In this document: positions 1-23,212 of the stretch, in pieces
How positions within the stretch are numbered: the first letter of the stretch is position 1
Layout: each line of letters opens with the position of its first letter
Source: Eledone cirrhosa
Lineage: Eukaryota
Assembly (NCBI GenBank): GCA_964016885.1
Contig: OZ024740.1
Location: forward strand, 209,188,001-209,252,000
Direction: 5' to 3'
DNA length: 64,000 nucleotides
The notes under the pieces: model-generated
The model's input: the letters and a program-made list of their open reading frames with translations, nothing else
Databases searched by the model: none
Told to the model about the DNA's origin: nothing
Position numbers and translations under genes: made by a program

Positions 1-1670
1 TTTGCAGCTAGCAGTGGTAGTAGTTCCCTAAACTTCTTCCATCCCGTTCTTACCCTAGTTATTGTACTTTCTGAGCACCCACCTCCGTTGCTAATTCGGT
101 CACCTAGGTAGCAGAAGCTGTCTACTGTTTCTACAGGGCCCTCCCAGAGATTGGTGGTACTTGTTTCCTGTGGCTGTTTGCTTGCTGTTTCAGCACAGCT
201 GCTGCATGTGAATCCTACATTCTTAATTAAGCTTCCTGAGATCCCGCTACATCTCTTGTGTACCCATTGTTTGCATTTGGGGCAAAGAATGGAGTTCCTA
301 CCTACACCTTTCCTACATACTGAGCAAGGCCATTTCCCTGAGGGGATCTGGGTTCTGTTTTCTCGTCTACTTATAAGGACCTTAGTCTTTGTCATGTTGA
401 CTTTGAGGCCCTTTCTCTCTAGTCCCTGCTTCCAGGTTTGGAATTTATTCTCTAGTTCTACCATAGATTCAGCTATGAGTGCGAGGTCATCAGCATACAG
501 GAGTTCCCATGGGCATCCGGTCTTAAACTCCTCCGTTATTGCCTGCAGGACTATGATGAACAGGAGAGGGCTAAGAACAGAGCCCTGGTGGACCCCAACC
601 TGTACGCTAAATTCCTCGCTATACTCATTGCCAATCCTAACTTTGCTGACTGCTCCCCTATACATGGCTTGTACCGCTTTCACAAGCCATTCATCTACTC
701 CTAGTTTTCTAAGAGCCCACCAGATTACTGCACGTGGAACTCTGTCAAAGGCTTTCTCAAGGTCGACAAATGCCAAGTAGAGTGGCTTACTTTTAGCTAG
801 GTACTTTTCCTGTAATTGCCTCACAAGGAAGAGCGCATCAGTGGTGCCTTTCCCTGGAACAAACCCAAATTGCATCTCGTCTATATTCACCCGGTCCCTA
901 ATCAGCTGTGCTATAACTCTTTCTGTTACTTTCATGACCTGGTCCATCAACTTTATACCTCTATAGTTTCCTCTATCTAGTGCATCGCCTTTACCTTTGT
1001 AGCAGTTGACAATGATGCTACTGCACCAATCTTTTGGTATGGCCCCCTCTAGTATTACCTGGTTAACGATACGTGTGGTTATAGTGTGACCTACAGACCC
1101 AGATGCCTTCAGCATCTCGGCAGCTATACCCGATGGACCGGTTGCCTTCCCTATCTTCATATCTCTGATTGCCTTACTTACTACGCTGCCGCTGACTTGT
1201 ACTGCTGGTCCCTCTATAGGGTCTACGTGGGGTAGGGTCTCTTCTTCCCATGCATTCTCCTCATTTAGTAATCTATCATAATGACTCTTCCATGCATCTT
1301 TCTTCTCAGCACTTGTGAGGGCAAGCTCACCTTTATCATTCCGGATACACTTCTCTCCAATGACATCACAACTATCTCTGACACACTGCCTCGCAATCTT
1401 GAATACCTCCTGTTTCTGGTCCTCACGTTGTAAAACATGCTTGAATTTTCTATCCTCTGCTTCCCTCCTAGCTAAGTATACTTGTCGCCTAGCTTCCCTC
1501 TTGGTCTCTATGTAATGTACCCTGCTCCCCCCGTTCTTCCATTCTTTCCATGCCTGTCTCTTGGCCTTGACTGCTTCATCTACTTTATTGTTCCACCACC
1601 AAGTCACTCTCCTCCTGCTTGAGGTCTTACTCCAGCCACAAACCTCATCCGTCGCCTCTAGTAAGTTATT
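1..1670 (-). mobile_element. 5'-truncated RTE-clade LINE (subfamily A); RT-encoding frame runs off the left edge
   Basis: Minus-strand translation [80 protein letters not shown]; homologous to 23561-26163; near-identical to 13244-13650. Confidence 0.93.
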
Positions 1671-1673
1671 TTT

Positions 1674-8954
<7,281 letters not shown>

Positions 8955-9555
8955 TCAGGTCACCAGTTGGTGCTACTGGTAACATGTATCCCAGTACAAC
9001 CTGCCTCATGGTCGGGTCGTTGGCGACTAAACTGGCAACCCCACCAAGGTTTCTTGGTGAGGAGGGTGACTTTGGACATCCTGCAGGACTAAAAACAAAA
9101 CCTGTCAAAGGGCAAAGGAGCTCTTAAGAGTCAATAGCCATCCCAAATCACCGGAGAGATGACCCCTTAGCCTTTGTCAAGGCAGAATTCTAGGAGAAGT
9201 AAAACTCTGATATAACACCTGCAACCCTGATGGTATCCAATGATGTTGACTTGTTCTTCTTTTTGGTAAATATCATCTTGGTTAAGAGAGTGGGACTGGC
9301 TTTGTGCAGTGCCTTTGCTCACTATAAATGCTTCACAGGCATTGCTTTATATCTGGAGATCTCTCTGCACTTGTCATCACATGGTACCATGGGCCCTGCA
9401 CTATGTGTCAATAATGGTCACAAGTGTAGTCTTTGTACCAGAGTTTTCAAGTTGCTGGCTGGACTAAAAAGTCACATTCGTTCAGCGCATCGGTAGGGGT
9501 TCTCCTACATGGATATAAAGTAGTGGCCGTACTCGAAAACGAGTTGGCAGCCACC
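8955..9555 (+). mobile_element. ~600-bp non-autonomous bipartite RTE derivative (5'UTR-like part + 3' end), copy 1
   Basis: Near-identical copies at 26941, 28082, 29150, 59153, 63056. The 3' part encodes [25 protein letters not shown] (C2H2 finger) and ends GGCCGTACTCGAAAACGAGTTGGCAGCCACC, matching the 3' end of the RTE at 20961-21000. Confidence 0.88.
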
Positions 9556-10477
<922 letters not shown>

Positions 10478-11200
10478 AAATAGTAGATAAATCTACCAAA
10501 AGTTTACGGTAGTGTCTGTCTGTGTGTGTGTGTGGTTGTGTATATATACATGGGTATGTGTGTGTATATATATATATATATATATGTGTGTATATATATA
10601 TATATATGTGTGTATATATATATATATATGTATGTATATATATATGTGTGTGTGTATGTATATATATATATATATATCGGTGTGTATTTATATGTATGGG
10701 TATATGTTTACTTATTTTTATGTGTATGCATACAACAGGTCAATATGCGTGAGGTTAAGTATGTGTATGTGTGTGTGTGTACGTATGTATGTATCGAACG
10801 TATGGATGTGTAAATGTGTGTATGTATATAAGCATGTATATTTTATGTCTCTCTTTTATGTTTCTTTATATTTCTTTTGTGAGACATTCGCGTCTGTGTA
10901 TGTACGTACCCCCCCCCTATTTTTTGGTTTCCTTTTTTTTTGAGTTTTTTCCTTCTATAAAAAAAAATTTTTTTATTTCTAATTTTATGGATACATTTTT
11001 ATAAGTATGTCGAGATTGACACTTTCCTTTAATTACTTACTCCCTTACCTCCTTTACTTCTGCATCTAAATGTAAGTGTGTGTGGGCGTGTTTATGTGAG
11101 CGCCTCAATATCCATATATTTATAATAATAATATATATGTATGTGTGTGTGTATGTGTATGTATGTGTGTATATATATGTGTATATATATATATATATAT

Positions 11201-11542
11201 GGAGGCACATGGCTTAGTGGTTAGAGCATTGGCCTTGCAATCAAAAGGTTGTGAGTTCAATTCTCAGACCGGGCGATGTGTTGTTTCCTTGAGCAAGGCA
11301 CTTTATTTCACATTGCTCCAGTTTACTCAGCTGTAGAAATGAGATGATAGGGACTGGGGTTCCTATCATTCCACTGTAAAGTGGTCGTGGAGGTGCCACG
11401 GCAAAAAAGCACCCAGCACTCACTGTAAATGAGGTTGGTGTTAGGAAGGGCATCCAGCTGTAGAAATCAAGCCAGAATCAGTTCCCGTCCACCCTTGCAA
11501 GCAGGGAAAAGTGGACGTAAAATGAGATGATGATGAGATGAT
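11201..11542 (+). mobile_element. tRNA-derived SINE with an RTE-type 3' tail
   Basis: A-box TGGCTTAGTGG, B-box GAGTTCAATTC, core TTTCCTTGAGCAAGGCACTT. The tail matches the RTE 3'UTR at 14153-14303 and the RTE terminus at 34106-34160, ending in (GAT)n. Confidence 0.88.
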
Positions 11543-11589
11543 GTATGTGTATGCATATGTATATGTATATATATATATATATATATATT

Positions 11590-12123
11590 CTGTCTGTAAA
11601 TTGTAGACATACAGATACATTAGCCCTAAATTTTTATATTTACATACACTTTTTCAACATACGTATACACCGACTGTTGCTATGCCCTTCCGACCACCTC
11701 TCAGCACCAACTGACCACAGCACTCCCACTGCTGACCACTTCCTGTTGCGCGCGCACCCCACATCTCTCCTCTTCCGACCACCGCTTCTTGGATTACCCA
11801 CACGCGAAATTGACTTCTAACCAAATCTCCAAACATCCGTGGAAATTACCAACTTTTCAACCATCCTCTTACGCCATCACCTATATAACTCACCCACACA
11901 CACACCCCAAAAAAATTTTTTTTCTCCACACGCCACCCACACCCACAACACGCTTAAACCACACACACGTGCTTCCCACCACATATTTACACCCTCAGCC
12001 CCCTGATTCCTCTCCCTCCACCCCCCTATCCACACATGCACAGACACTCCGACCCACAAAAACACCCCCCACACACACCTCTTCCTGAACATGCAACCCC
12101 GTTCTTCCCCCAACCCTCACTTT

Positions 12124-12166
<43 letters not shown>

Positions 12167-12598
12167 CTAACCACACACACCACCTTCAGCCCTCCCCGCT
12201 CGGACACCCCGTCTCCCTCTCCCCATTCCACCCGCCACCACCCCTACTCACCCCACACCCTTTCACCACCTGTTTACCCCCCTTTTAATTTCAGTTTATT
12301 TTGATCATGCCCTTATTTTTAAATTTTCTCATTCCTTGTATTTTGATCATGCTTTATTTTTATTTATTATATTTTTTGTCTTTATTTGTTAATTTTTCAT
12401 TCGCACCGTTTCCTTTCGCTATATGTCTCTCCACCACTCCCCTACACACCTTTTGAACTCTGTTCCCACACACTTCTCACCTGAAGAAGGGCTTATGCCC
12501 GAAACGTCGTCCCCCACCTACCCCCACTCTCCTGAGCGTGAATTTAATAAACATTTATTGTACTGCCTCTCTGTTCTGTCCCTGTTCAAATTTTTAAT
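11590..12598 (+). mobile_element. Penelope-like element 3' region/pLTR
   Basis: C/A-rich UTR ending in a hammerhead motif (12481) followed by AATAAA (12546) and a TA array; weak GIY-YIG-like PTADHFLLRAH near 11720. Confidence 0.6.
12476..12512 (+). ncRNA. Minimal type I hammerhead ribozyme motif
   Basis: CTGAAGA-a-GGGC ttat GCCC-GAAACGTC: catalytic core, 4-bp stem II, palindromic ACGT stem III, GUC cleavage triplet; stem I weak. Confidence 0.72.
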
Positions 12599-13243
<645 letters not shown>

Positions 13244-14410
13244 GTCAACATGACAAAGACTAAGGTCCTTATAAGTAGACGAGAAAACAGAACCCAGATC
13301 CCCTCAGGGAAATGGCCTTGCTCAGTATGTAGGAAAGGTGTAGGTGTAGGTAGGAACTCCATTCTTTGCCCCAAATGCAAACAATGGGTACACAAGAGAT
13401 GTAGCGGGATCTCAGGAAGCTTAATTAAGAATGTAGGATTCACATGCAGCAGCTGTGCTGAAACAGCAAGCAAACAGCCACAGGAAACAAGTACCACCAA
13501 TCTCTGGGAGGGCCCTGTAGAAACAGTAGACAGCTTCTGCTACCTAGGTGACCGAATTAGCAACGGAGGTGGGTGCTCAGAAAGTACAATAACTAGGGTA
13601 AGAACGGGATGGAAGAAGTTTAGGGAACTACTACCACTGCTAGCTGCAAAAGGCTTCTCCCTCAGAATGAAAGGCAGACTGTATGATGCGTGTATCCGAA
13701 CAGCGATGTTGCATGGTAGTGAGACCTGGGCGCTGAAGGTGGAAGACTTACGTAGATTAGAGAGAAACGAAGCCTGCATGCTCCGATGGATGTGTAACAG
13801 TAATATACGTGAACGACAAAGCATAAATGAATTGAGAGAGAGGACTGAGCATAAGAGGAATCAAATGCTGCGTGCAGGAGAGGCGGTTACGCTGGTATGG
13901 ACATGTGATGCGTATGAAGGATGACAGCTGCATAAAAAGGTGCAGAGCACTAGAAGTTGATGGAAACCGCGGAGTGGGGAGACCCAAGATGACTTGGGAT
14001 GAGGTGATAGAAGCCGACCTTACCCAACTACACCTCTCAAAGTCAATGACACACGACCGTGACTTCTGGCGTCACGCAGTAATACAGGGTACCCGACCTC
14101 CCATGGGTACATGCTGAAGCATATAAACAATATGCCCCCCCCCCCCCACCGCAAGGTGGTCGTGGAGGTGCCACGGCAAAAAAGCACCCAGCCCACACTG
14201 TAAAGTGGACGTGTAGGCGCCACGAAAAAGTACCCAGCACTCACTGTAAATGAGGTTGGTGTTAGGAAGGGCATCCAGCTGTAGAAATCAAGCCAGATCA
14301 GTTCCTGTATGAGCAAGGCATGGTCAGCCGACCAGACACTGCCCACAACAGGACAACCCGTCTAACCCATGCTAGCGTGGAAGAACGGACGTAAAACGGT
14401 GATGATGATG
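13244..14410 (+). mobile_element. 5'-truncated RTE LINE (subfamily A), 3' end with UTR and (GAT)n tail
   Basis: [12 protein letters not shown]-like [29 protein letters not shown]; frameshift ~13840; [19 protein letters not shown]; UTR with GTTAGGAAGGGCATCCAGCTGTAGAAA. Confidence 0.93.
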
Positions 14411-14419
14411 ATATATATG

Positions 14420-14455
<36 letters not shown>

Positions 14456-14469
14456 TGTATATACATATG

Positions 14470-14543
<74 letters not shown>

Positions 14544-14569
14544 TGTATATACATATGTATATATATATG

Positions 14570-14632
<63 letters not shown>

Positions 14633-15325
14633 GTATATATATATGTATATACATATGTATATATGTATATATATATATATGTATATATATATGTATATAC
14701 ATATGTATATATATATGTATATATATATGTATATACATATGTATATACATATGTATATATATATGTATATACATATGTATATATATATGTATATACATAT
14801 GTATATACATATGTATATATATATGTATATATATATGTATATACATATGTATATATATATGTATATACATATGTATATATATATGTATATACATATGTAT
14901 ATATATGTATATATATATGTATATACATATGTATATATATGTATATATATATGTATATACATATGTATATATATGTATATATATATGTATATACATATGT
15001 ATATATATGTATATATATATGTATATACATATGTATATATATGTATATATATGTATATACATATGTATATGTATGTATATATATGTATATACATATGTAT
15101 ATATATGTATATACATATGTATATATATGTATATATATATGTATATACATATGTATATATATATGTATATATATCTGTATATACAAATGTATATATATAT
15201 GTAATATATATGTATATACATATGTATATATATATGTAATATATATGTATATACATATGTATATATATATATGTATATATATATATGTATATATATATGT
15301 ATGTATATGTATATGTATATATATG

Positions 15326-15358
<33 letters not shown>

Positions 15359-15437
15359 ATATGTATATATGTATATATATGTATATATATGTATATATAT
15401 GTATATATATGTATATGTATATATATGTATATATATG

Positions 15438-15468
<31 letters not shown>

Positions 15469-15474
15469 GTATAT
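14411..15474. repeat. Impure (TA)n array with TATGTATATACA sub-units
   Basis: Direct reading. Confidence 0.96.
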
Positions 15475-17212
15475 GCAACTAATCAGAGAGAGAATTGACC
15501 TAGATGAAATGCAGTTCGGGTTTGTGTCAGGCAAAAGCACCACAGACGCCCTTTTCATAGTACGACAACTACAGGAGAAGTACCTAGCTAAAGGTAAACC
15601 CCTCTACTTAGCTTTTGTCGACCTGGAGAAAGCCTTCGACAGAGTCCCCCGCTCCATTATCTGGTGGGCTCTTAGAAAACTAGGCGTTGACGAATGGCTT
15701 GTGAGGGCTATACAAGCCATGTATAAAGAAACAGTCAGCAAGGTTAGAATTAACAACGAATATAGTGAAGAGTTTAGCGTAAAAGTTGGCGTCCATCAGG
15801 GCTCTGTTCTCAGCCCCCTACTATTTATTATTGCCCTTCAGGCTATAACAGAGGAGTTCAAGACAGGCTGCCCATGGGAACTCCTATACGCAGACGACCT
15901 GACACTCATAGCGGAATCAAAGGCCGAGCTAGAGAAGAAATTCCAAACATGGAAGCACGGCCTAGAGTCAAAAGGACTTAAAATTAACCTGGCTAAGACC
16001 AAAGTTCTAGTTTGTAGGAAAGAAAACAAGGCGGCGGTCCCTTCTGGGAAATGGTCATGCTCGGTGTGTAGGAAAGGCGTAGGTAGAAACTCCATTTTAT
16101 GTCCTAAATGCAAAGTATGGGTGCATAAAAGATGTAGTGGGATCACAGGTAAGCTAACTAAGAACATAGATTTTACATGTGGCCGGTGTTCTGGTGCAAT
16201 AAGTAGCAGCAAGTGCCCACAAAATACTAGCTCTTTCAATTGCGCAGAGGGTTCTATAGAAATAGTGGACAGCTTCCGTTACCTGGGCGATAAAATCAGC
16301 AGTGGGGGAGGGTGCTCTGAAAGTACTGTAGCTAGAGTCAGAACTGGTTGGAAAAAGTTCAGAGAGCTTATACCACTATTAGCTGCTAAAGGGTTCTCCC
16401 TAAAAATGAAAGGCAGGTTGTACGATGCCTGCATACGAACAGCAATGTTGCATGGTAGTGAGACCTGGGCATTGTGTGCAGAGGATATACGCAGACTAGA
16501 GAGGAACGAAGCTTGCATGCTCCGCTGGATGTGTAACAGTAATATACGTGAACGGCAAAGCATAAACGAACTAAGGAAAAAATTAGAGATAAGAGGGATC
16601 AGATGTTGTTTACTCGAGAGAAGGCTGCGTTGGTATGGACACGTGATGCGCATGAAAGTCGATAGCTGTATAACAAAGTGCAGGGCAATAAAGATAGACG
16701 GTAGCCACGGAATAGGCAGACCTAGAAAAACATGGGATGAGCTGATAAACTCCGACCTCACACACTTACACCTCTCCAAGACAATGTCACTGGACCGAGA
16801 CCTTTGGCGGTACTCAGTAACAGAGAAGACCCGCCTTGCCAGTAGGCATCTCTAACAGAATACACCCCGTCCCGCCACCACCCCCACCCCATCCACACCA
16901 CCCCGTTCTATGTAAAGTTATGTTGGTGCCGCGCCATCCAGGCCGAAACAAATGAGATCGTGTAGGTGTCACGACAAAAAAACACACAGTCCACGCTGTA
17001 ATGTGGCCGTGTAGGCAACACGGTAAAAACCTCCCAGACCAACACTGTAAATGTGGTTGGTGTTAGGAAGGGCATCCAACTGTAGAAAACCTGCCAGACA
17101 GTCCTATGCGAGCAAGACAATCACTCTTGCCTCAAGTGGGACTACCCCCGTCCAAACCCATGCAAGCATGGAACACGGACGTTAAACGTTGATGATGATG
17201 ATGATGATGATG
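15475..17212 (+). mobile_element. 5'-truncated RTE LINE (subfamily B), open RT/C-terminal frame 15476-16855
   Basis: [35 protein letters not shown]; highly similar to 25177-26930; 3'UTR and (GAT)n tail. Confidence 0.95.
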
Positions 17213-20499
<3,287 letters not shown>

Positions 20500-20697
20500 G
20501 AAATGACAGGAGGCTGGATTTGTGTAAATCCTTAAAAGGTTTATTATACTATGATCATTTCAATGACCGGGTTCCGTATGAATCCGGTGATATCATCAGG
20601 TATTCGAAATATAATACGTGAATGTAATAGATAAAATCCATGGGACTGAAAGTCAAAGACCCGAGGGCGACCGCTATTCTGTTCCTTCAACCTCACG
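20500..20697 (-). mobile_element. Penelope-like pLTR fragment
   Basis: Contains a complete hammerhead motif followed (minus strand) by AATAAA; flanked by TA arrays. Confidence 0.72.
20546..20603 (-). ncRNA. Type I hammerhead ribozyme motif
   Basis: Minus strand ATAC-CTGATGA-tATCACCGGATTc..gAACCCGGTCATt-GAA-ATGATCAT-A-GTAT: stem I ATAC/GTAT, long imperfect stem II, palindromic stem III, AUA cleavage. Confidence 0.82.
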
Positions 20698-20960
20698 TAT
20701 GTATATATATACATACATATATACATATATATATACATACATATATACATATATATATATATACATACATATATACATATATATATATATACATACATAT
20801 ATCCATATATACATATACATACATATATCCATATATATATATACATATATATATATATACATACATATATACATATATATATATACATACATATATAGAT
20901 TCATATATACATATACATACATATATACATACATACCGATATATATATATACATACATAT

Positions 20961-23155
20961 ATGATGGCTGCCGCCTCGTTATCGAGTATGGCCATTGTAC
21001 GAGGAGAAAAAAAAAAAAAAATTAATAAATAAAAAAAAAAAAAAAATTAATTAATTAAAAAAAAAATATATATATATATATATACATACACACACATACA
21101 TTAATAACAATAATAATAACGACAACAACAATAATATACATATACATATATATATACACATACATGCATAAGCATATCTATACACACACACACACACACG
21201 ATAGCAACTAACAGTGCTGCGATCGAATGTGGCTTTTTAGCCCAGCCAATGATCTAAAATGTCTTGCACAGAGTCAGCAACCAAAACATTCACTGGGAAT
21301 AGTCGGCTGTGGTTGGAGTTCATGTACTTTTGCACGTCGCTTGAGCCCTCTTGCTGATTTACATTCTCTACCACATGTTTGGCAAGCATGATGAGTACCA
21401 TCTCCAACAGCAGCCTGGTAGTCAACCACTGGTCTTACTTTATGACTGCGAAGATGACTTTCGAGTCCAGCTTTGCTTAGGCAGAGTCTCGCACATACGC
21501 TGCATGTCAGCAGCATAGGAGGACCCTCGCCGTCTGGAAGTGCAACAGCAATGCCCTTCCTCACATCCCGCTTTACTTTCTCGTATGCGATTCGAGATGC
21601 CTCAAAGGCAACTTTTCCCTCTATACAGTCTTTCTCCATTTATTACGATCAGCAGCAATATTCTCCCTTGTATAAGAGAGATGTTAGCGTCTTTCAGAGA
21701 GGCTTTCAAGGATCCTTATACCTCTTTTTTGGTTTATGTGGCGGGCGTTTTCCTTTAACCAACTCTCCATAAAAGAGTTGTTTTGGTATTCTAGAATCCT
21801 TCATCCTGGCAAGGTGACCACTCCAACGGGGTCGTTGCTTAAGCACAAGAGCTTCTATACTGTCACACATAGAGCTTTCCAAAATCTCGACATCACTGAT
21901 GTGGTCCCTCCAGTGAACGCCATGGATCCGTCTGAAACACATCTGATGGAAACGCTCCAATTGCTTAAGGTGGTGTTGATATGTGACCCAGGTCTCGCAG
22001 GAATAAAGAAGACAAGAGAGCACACATGCCCTGTACACCTTTACCTTTGTCCTCCTGCATATGTCTCGCCGACCCCAGAATCGCCTTTCTAGCTTTCCGA
22101 AAGCATCACTTGCTTTCCTAATCCTAAGTGAGATTTCACTGTCAAGGTTGCTGTATCGATTGACAGTGCTTCCCAGGTAGACAAACTGATCAACCACTCC
22201 AAGTCGTTTGCTATACACATAGATGTTTGGTTCAGTGTACTGCTTACCAGGGGCAGGTTGGTACATGACGACTGTTTTCTTAAGACTGACAGTCAGACCT
22301 AGGGCAGTGCAAGCGTCAGAAAATGCATTCAAAATGTGCTGCATATCACTCTCTGTGTGCGCTACAAGATCACAATCATCTGCATACAAGAGGTCTCTTA
22401 TGATTGATGTAAATACTTTTGTCTTCGCAGCAAAGCGCCTGATGTTAAATATGCTGCCTGAGGTTCGATATCGGATGTAAACACCATGCTCGCAATTCCT
22501 GAATGCAATACAGAAAACCATTGCAAAGTATATGGCAAACAGGGTCGGTGCTGGAATATCCCCCTGTTTCACTCCATTTTTTTTACTGAGATAGGCTCCG
22601 ACATGTTACCCCCGACATTAATCCAAGCCTTCATGTCGTCATGGAAAGACCTAACTAAAGCAAGTAACTTTAAAGGGCAACCAAGTTTCTGGAAAACCTT
22701 CCATAATGCATCTCTGTTAACAGTATCGAAAGCTTTTGTCAGATCGACAAAAACTGATACAGATCCAAGCCCTGTTCAATGCACTTCTCCTGGAGCTGTC
22801 TAGCTGAGAAGATCATATCAGTAGTGCCGCGTCCAACACGAAAACCAGATTGACTTTCAGGAAGAACACAATCTGCAATGTGCGCCAGCAGACGGTCCAG
22901 AAGCACCCTACATAAAACTTTCCCTACGACAGAAAGCAATGATATACCTCTGTAGTTCCCACAATCGTTCCTGTTACCCTTTCCCTTGTACAAGACCACC
23001 ATTACTGCATCTCTCCAGTCCTCAGGTACGGTTTCATTAGCCCATATCCTGCCAAACAAAGAGTGAAGATGTTGCAGCAGTCTCTCACCACCATATTGTA
23101 GGAGCTCAGCATGTATGCCATCCATACCTGGAGATCTTCCACTGTTCAGCTTCGA
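20961..23155 (-). mobile_element. 5'-truncated, frameshifted AviRTE/BovB-like RTE LINE with C-terminal C2H2 zinc fingers
   Basis: GRSPGMDGIHAE..NYRGISLLS..LPESQSGFR..TTDMIFSARQLQEKC; LLYADDCDLVAH; [55 protein letters not shown]. The 3' terminus at 20961-21000 is separated from the ORF by simple repeats. Confidence 0.92.
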
Positions 23156-23212
23156 AATATATACATACATACATACATACATATATATATATACATAGAT
23201 ACATATATACAT

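Noticed and set aside
151-780. Plus-strand 209-aa ORF and similar ORFs opposite RTE copies
   Set aside because: Antisense shadows of the RTE coding frame.
8960-9040. HDV-like or twister ribozyme at the 5' end of the 600-bp element
   Set aside because: Could not build the P1/P3/L3/P1.1 topology or the twister conserved loop by eye; kept only as a structured-RNA candidate.
9230-9496. 88-aa zinc-finger microprotein in the 600-bp element
   Set aside because: Frame is not conserved between copies (indels shift it); the finger is a remnant of the parental RTE ORF end.
11201-11275. tRNA gene (also 40839, 46656, 52840)
   Set aside because: Only A/B-box-like SINE heads without a full cloverleaf, followed by SINE bodies.
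14369-16855. 828-aa (and 742-aa at 36303-38531) microsatellite-RT fusion proteins
   Set aside because: Chance in-frame joining of a stop-free array to a 5'-truncated RTE ORF.
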